From: Selaginella moellendorffii
Taxonomy: Eukaryota > Plantae > Lycopodiophyta
Assembly (NCBI RefSeq): GCF_000143415.4
Contig: NW_003314267.1
Location: 2,459,839 to 2,523,838 of the forward strand
Direction of reading: 5' to 3'
DNA: 64,000 nucleotides
The position numbers and the translations under genes were made by a program. Each line of letters begins with the position of its first letter. Positions within the stretch are counted from its first letter, which is position 1. Shown piece after piece: positions 58,933 to 64,000 of this stretch. The notes below the pieces were generated by a model that made no database searches, was not told the DNA's origin, and saw nothing but the letters and a program-made list of their open reading frames with translations.

Positions 58933-59160
58933 TGAAGGGGGCGAGCTCTGGCACAAACCCTAGAATACCAAATGGAGGGAATATTCGCTACCATATCATA
59001 GCTGTTAAGAGAGGAGAGGATGGCTCAAGCGCGAGGGCTGGGGACGAAGAAGAAGAAGATCCGTCAGTGGCAGCGCTGCCGGTGATCTTGGCGGCGCTGA
59101 TCGGTGCGTGGCAGGAGCGCGTGGCGGAATTGCTGGGGTTAGGGGGAGGAGGCGGCGGCG

Positions 59161-62100
59161 ATGGCGCGGGTGAGCGCGCGAGACAGGAACATTTTCGGCC
59201 TCGTCGATGGCCGCAGCATCGATTCGCAAGAGGTATGGATGAGGTCTGGGGTAGGAAACGGCGGTCGAGCAGCGATATTTCGTGATTTCCTCGCGCGATC
59301 GGTGACTTCTAGCTGGATTAGGTTCTTTGGTGATGAATTTTTCTTGTTTTTGGCTCTTCCCAGGTGCCGTATCCATACCAGGAGCACAATCCAATGCGAG
59401 CGCTCCAAATGCATCCAGCTCTTTTAGCTCGCTTGCAACGCGAAAAGGCCCTCGAGGTGATAGTAGATGGAAGATACTTTGCAGGAATTTAAAGATTTTT
59501 GTTCTTCACAGGGTCACAATGGATGTGTGAATTCTTTGGCGTGGAACACGACTGGTTCCTTGTTACTCTCGGGCTCTGATGACACAAGGGTACAGTCTTT
59601 CATTCTTTCTTCCTTTTGCTTTCTTCTGTTTTTATGACCGACTTATTCTTAGGTGAATGTTTGGGACTATAACACACGGAAGCTCCTACAAAGTGTTGAT
59701 TCCGGTCACATCGCCAACATTTTTTGCACAAAGTTCTTACCGGCTAGCGGGGACGACATTGTTGTGTCTGGAGCCGGTGATTCGGAGGTGAGAAAAATGA
59801 ATCTTTGTTGTTTGCTTTTAACTTCAACTAGATTCTGGGTGCCTAGGTGAGGATACACAGACGGAGTCGTGTGGCTGCTACTGGAAGCAGTGAGCCATTT
59901 GGACTCTTCCGTTGTCATTCCAAGCGCGTGAAGAAACTGGCTGTAAGCTATTTTTGGTGGCAGCAAGCGGTTTGATGTTGTCCGAAAGTGCAGGTTGAAG
60001 AAGGAAATCCACACTTAATCTGGAGTGCCAGTGAAGATGGTACTCTTAGGCAACACGACTTACGCCAGTCCGTGACGTGCGGAGCGGAGCAGGAATGCCG
60101 TAATATTCTCGTAAGTTGTTCTTGCATCGAAAGCTTCGCATCTGAAGCGTTTTCATGTTTAGCTCGATTTAAGAAATGGAGCGAAAAAAACCCTGTCTGA
60201 TCCTCCCAAAGGATCTTTTGCTCTGAAGTCATGCTCTATAAATCCGACCCGTCCGCATCAAATTCTCATTGGTGGCAGGTACTTGTTGACATTCTGGGTG
60301 ATTGTATCTCACTTTTGTTTTTTTTTACTCCAGCGATTCATTTGCCCGTCTGTACGATAGAAGGATGCTTCCGCCACTGACTCCATCTGGCCAGCAATCT
60401 AAACCACCAGCATGCGTTTGCTATTACTGTCCAATGCATCTTTCTGATGTGAGTACTGAAAGCCTTGCGATGCACATATTTGTAAACCCCCTTTTTTCAT
60501 GCAGCGTGCCAGTTTGCACCTTACACATGTTACGTTCAGCCCTGATGGCGGCGAGGTACTTTTGAGCTACAGCGGAGAACACGTCTACTTGTTAGATGCG
60601 TACAATGGTATGCAACTATTTACGAAGGGTGGCCTAGTGTTTTGGTGTCTCTTTTCCAGGGAATGATGCTAGCGTTGTCTATGCTGCCGGTGATGTTCCG
60701 AGAAGGACTGCCTTAGTCCCTATCGTGAATGGTCAACAGTATAAAGTACCCTCAACACAAGAAGTGCCTTCAGGCAATAAAAGAGTTCTTCTTCGGGTTA
60801 AAGCATTCCATTTTTTTTTCTTTCTGTCACTGATTCCGGCATCACCGTTGTAGGAATGCAAGGAGCTCTTGGAAGAGGCACGGAGAGCCTTAGAAGAAGG
60901 AAATTCATTCTGTGCGATTGAAACGACAAGTGAAGTTCTTGAAACTACTGGAGTTGTCCTAGAACCACAGCTTCGGCATGATTTGCTGTGCCTTCGCGCC
61001 GGAGCTTTTGTGAAGGTATAAGTTTTCTCACTGTTTGATGATCGAGATTGAATCGTGGTTTCAGAGAGGATGGAAAAACGACATGCATATGGCTGTTCGC
61101 GATAGCAATGCAGCTCGACTTATTGATCCCATGTCAGTAGTGGCTCATCACAGAATGGCCGAGGCACTTTCTCAGGTTCGAAAATACTGAGCGTCGCTTT
61201 CCAAACTTATGATTCGGGACTATTAGTTAGGGAGACATAAGGAAGCGTGGGAGTTCGCAACGAGAGCTCACCATCTCGATCCTGAAGATGGTACTCTTTC
61301 CGATCATGTGACGCAGCTGCATGCGAAGCTTGTTGCTGGTAAGACACTTTTAAATGCTCGGTTCTCATGGTTTCGATTCATTTATTTTATTTTAGCCGAG
61401 CAAGCTCGGAACGTCTGGAATAACGAAGAAACAAAACCGGAGAGACGCCCTTCAAGGATTCAATCCTTGAGAGAATTTTTATTTAGACAGGAACAAGATC
61501 ACAGTGATTCTTCAGACGAAAGCAGGAGAGCAGAAAGATATGACTCTGATCTTGAAGAAGAGGACATGGAGATGGAGATCGAGATGTCCGTCACTGAGGA
61601 CAATGATCGAGACCGAGAAAGCGGAGCCCCTAGTAGTTTGAACTTAAGAGTTCGAAGAAAATGTGATGGTGTTCGAGAGAAGCAGGCAAATACGGTGGCT
61701 TTAGGAGCACCAGAACTACAAGTAAGTAAATCTAGTTCTTTTTGAGATTGTGACAAGCTTTTACTTTTCCGGAAGACGGACATTGCTATGGACATGCGGC
61801 AGCGATACGTGGGGCATTGCAACACCGGAACAGACATCAAGCAGGCGAGCTTTCTCGGAGAAAGAGGTTCGAAGGTTTTTCTGGGATCAGAATAGTTCTC
61901 AAAACTTGATTGCCAGGGAAATTCGTTGCGAGCGGTAGTGACGATGGCCTGTGGTTTATCTGGGAGAAAGAAACTGGAAGATTTGTAACGATGCTAGCCG
62001 GAGACGATAGCGGTCGGTTTGTGAAGCTTTTCGTCTTTTTCTTTCGGTTAGTTATCACATATAGTTTTGGATGCAGTTGTAAATTGTATACAGTGCCATC

Positions 62101-62857
62101 CTCATGATTGCTTGGTGGCAACGAGCGGCATTGACAACACTATTAAGGTGGCTTTGTTCTCCTTTTCATTTGAGAGCCAACTGAATGAGTTTTTATGCAG
62201 CTCTGGTCACCCAGTTCTAATACTGAAGCTCGGCGTGCCAAAGGAGCCGACTCTGACGCTCTTCGCATCATGGCCGACAACCAACAACAGATGCGCCGCC
62301 ATCGTGAGATTGGATTGTAAGTCCCTGGCTCTCTCCATTCTTTAGCGATTTGCTTTCTTGTGTGTTTTTTCGTCCTTGGGCCCAACTTAACTTTGGTTCC
62401 AGCTCACTCGTTTCATGCATTACTAACAAGAACTGAGTGCCTCGGTCGTTTGTTTCGCTCCTCGCTGTTTTTTTCTTAACATTTTTGGATCGATTGGCTT
62501 GAACAGCTTGCTGATTACTCAATGGTGGAGTGCCAGGCGGTTCGAATTTATGCCAGAGAATGGACACCTCGGTGGTGCTGAAACCGGATCTAATCCCCCG
62601 ACTGAGTGCTGGGATTCATTCCATCCTTGCCTCTCTTTTTTTCTTGTTCTTGTGCTCTGGTTATGGTGGTCTTTCTCGTCGTTTTGGTTTCTTCCTTTCT
62701 TTTTCTTTCATCGATGTCCTTACGTTCTTTCATTGTGTACTAACTCGTGCTTGTGTGTTGTGTATTTGTCTTCTTTTGGAACAGGCCAATAGAACTTCTC
62801 CAGCGGATTAGAGGAGTAGAAGCCGCTGTTCATCCGTTCGAGTGTACACAAAGCTAG
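59161..62857 (+). CDS. WD40-TPR DCAF protein (ASG2/WDTC1-like) with C-terminal CaaX
   Basis: GHNGCVN, SGSDDTR, GHIANIFC, TPR region, YVGHCNTGTDIKQA, SGIDNTIK; ends HPFECTQS*. Confidence 0.9.
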
Positions 62858-63371
62858 TGACAAGAAAGAGCTAGAGGTTTGTTCGATTGATCTTTCTTCT
62901 TACCTTGGTTTTCTCTCCTCCAAGTTTTCTAGTTCTTTCTCAGCACAGTGCTTGCAGCTAGGCAAAAAACGAGATTTGTAAATAAACGGGCAAGTTAAAA
63001 TGGCGCGAGTTTTTTCTTCCTGGAATGGAAACAAATATTTCCTAAATAGAATGGATGGATGGATGTGAATGAATGGACGGCTGGGATGTATGGGTGTAAT
63101 GGACGGATGAGATGGATGTGGAGCCGCTGACGTCATCAACTTAGGGCACACGTATGTATGCCGCCTCGTGGGAGGCATGGCACATGCGATGGTCACATGG
63201 CCATTGAATTTGCGCCATGGTCCATGCCATGCCCATAGATGAATGGATGGATACATTCATAACGAGCTTCTCTCTGCGAGGAGCGTTTGAAAAAATAGTA
63301 TCGTGGGCGCCTTCTCTTCTCTAGGTCTTGGCGAATCCGAGCGCTGAGAGAATTACCTCGCCGCGCGCCCC

Positions 63372-64000
63372 ATGGATTTAGGATCGCGGCAGCATTTCCA
63401 GACGCAGCCGCCAGCGTCGTCGTCGTCGCCACCGCCACAGCCGCCGCCAGCGGAGGAGCAGCAGCACCATGGATTGGTGGACATGGAATCGATCTGGACG
63501 GAGGATTCAGCTGCCATGGCTGCTGCTGCTGCCGATGCCGCGGGCGTCGTCGTCGACGATGCGTTCCAGATGCCTCATTTCCTGCTCCCTCCTCCCAATC
63601 TCCCTCACAATTTCGCGCAAAGCTGCCTCGCCAATCCCGCGCAGGTGATGACCGAGGAGCAGCTTGAGACGCTGCGGCGCCAGATTTCGGTCTACGCCAC
63701 GATCTGCCAGCAGCTCGTGGAGATGCACAAGGCAACGATCTCACACCAGCACACATACAATGGTAAGAACTCTCTCCCTTCTCTCTTCCCTCTCGATCAT
63801 ATTCTTTCTCGGTCGCGGAAATCTCGCTAGATAATTTGAAACATTCGCCGCGTGTGCTCCTGATCAGGCTTGCTTCTCGGCCACCAATCTCCTGCCATCC
63901 AGGACTCGTCTCCAATGCTCCTGGGAATCCACCACAAGCCAACGTCGCGGCAAAGATGGACACCATCGCAGAACCAGCTGAGGATCCTCGAGAGGCTCTT
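63372..64000 (+). CDS. WOX13: WUSCHEL-related homeobox, WOX13 (ancient) clade; truncated by the window end
   Basis: VMTEEQLETLRRQISVYATICQQLVEMHK motif and homeodomain start SRQRWTPSQNQLRILERL. Confidence 0.9.

Overview
Gene-dense plant nuclear DNA with very short introns, SS-type PLS PPR genes, a flagellar gene and a WOX13-clade gene; most likely the lycophyte Selaginella (inference). The left flank (1-11.4 kb) carries LAG1 ceramide synthase, EMC1, PRCC, UTP21 and two intronless pseudokinases. The right flank (36-64 kb) carries two PPRs, a zinc-knuckle/GYF/SET1-type methyltransferase, an HPM1-like methyltransferase, YUCCA, organellar PheRS, a DUF26 gene with relics, a CFAP96-like gene, uS5m, a WD40-TPR (ASG2/WDTC1-like) gene and WOX13. 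Between them is a ~25-kb rearranged accessory zone (11.4-36.2 kb). It holds an AT-rich secreted B-lectin gene with a premature stop, a 194-bp LTR-like unit carrying the 5S rRNA internal promoter (Cassandra-like), and a decayed Ty3/gypsy with a tRNA-Ala PBS. It also holds a large inverted duplication (PPR fragment + kinase + CACTA end) around a decayed CACTA transposase, a perfect 81-bp palindrome, a run of gene fragments and a template-switch PPR/kinase fold-back. Multi-exon genes are given as whole spans; coordinates and identities were read by eye.
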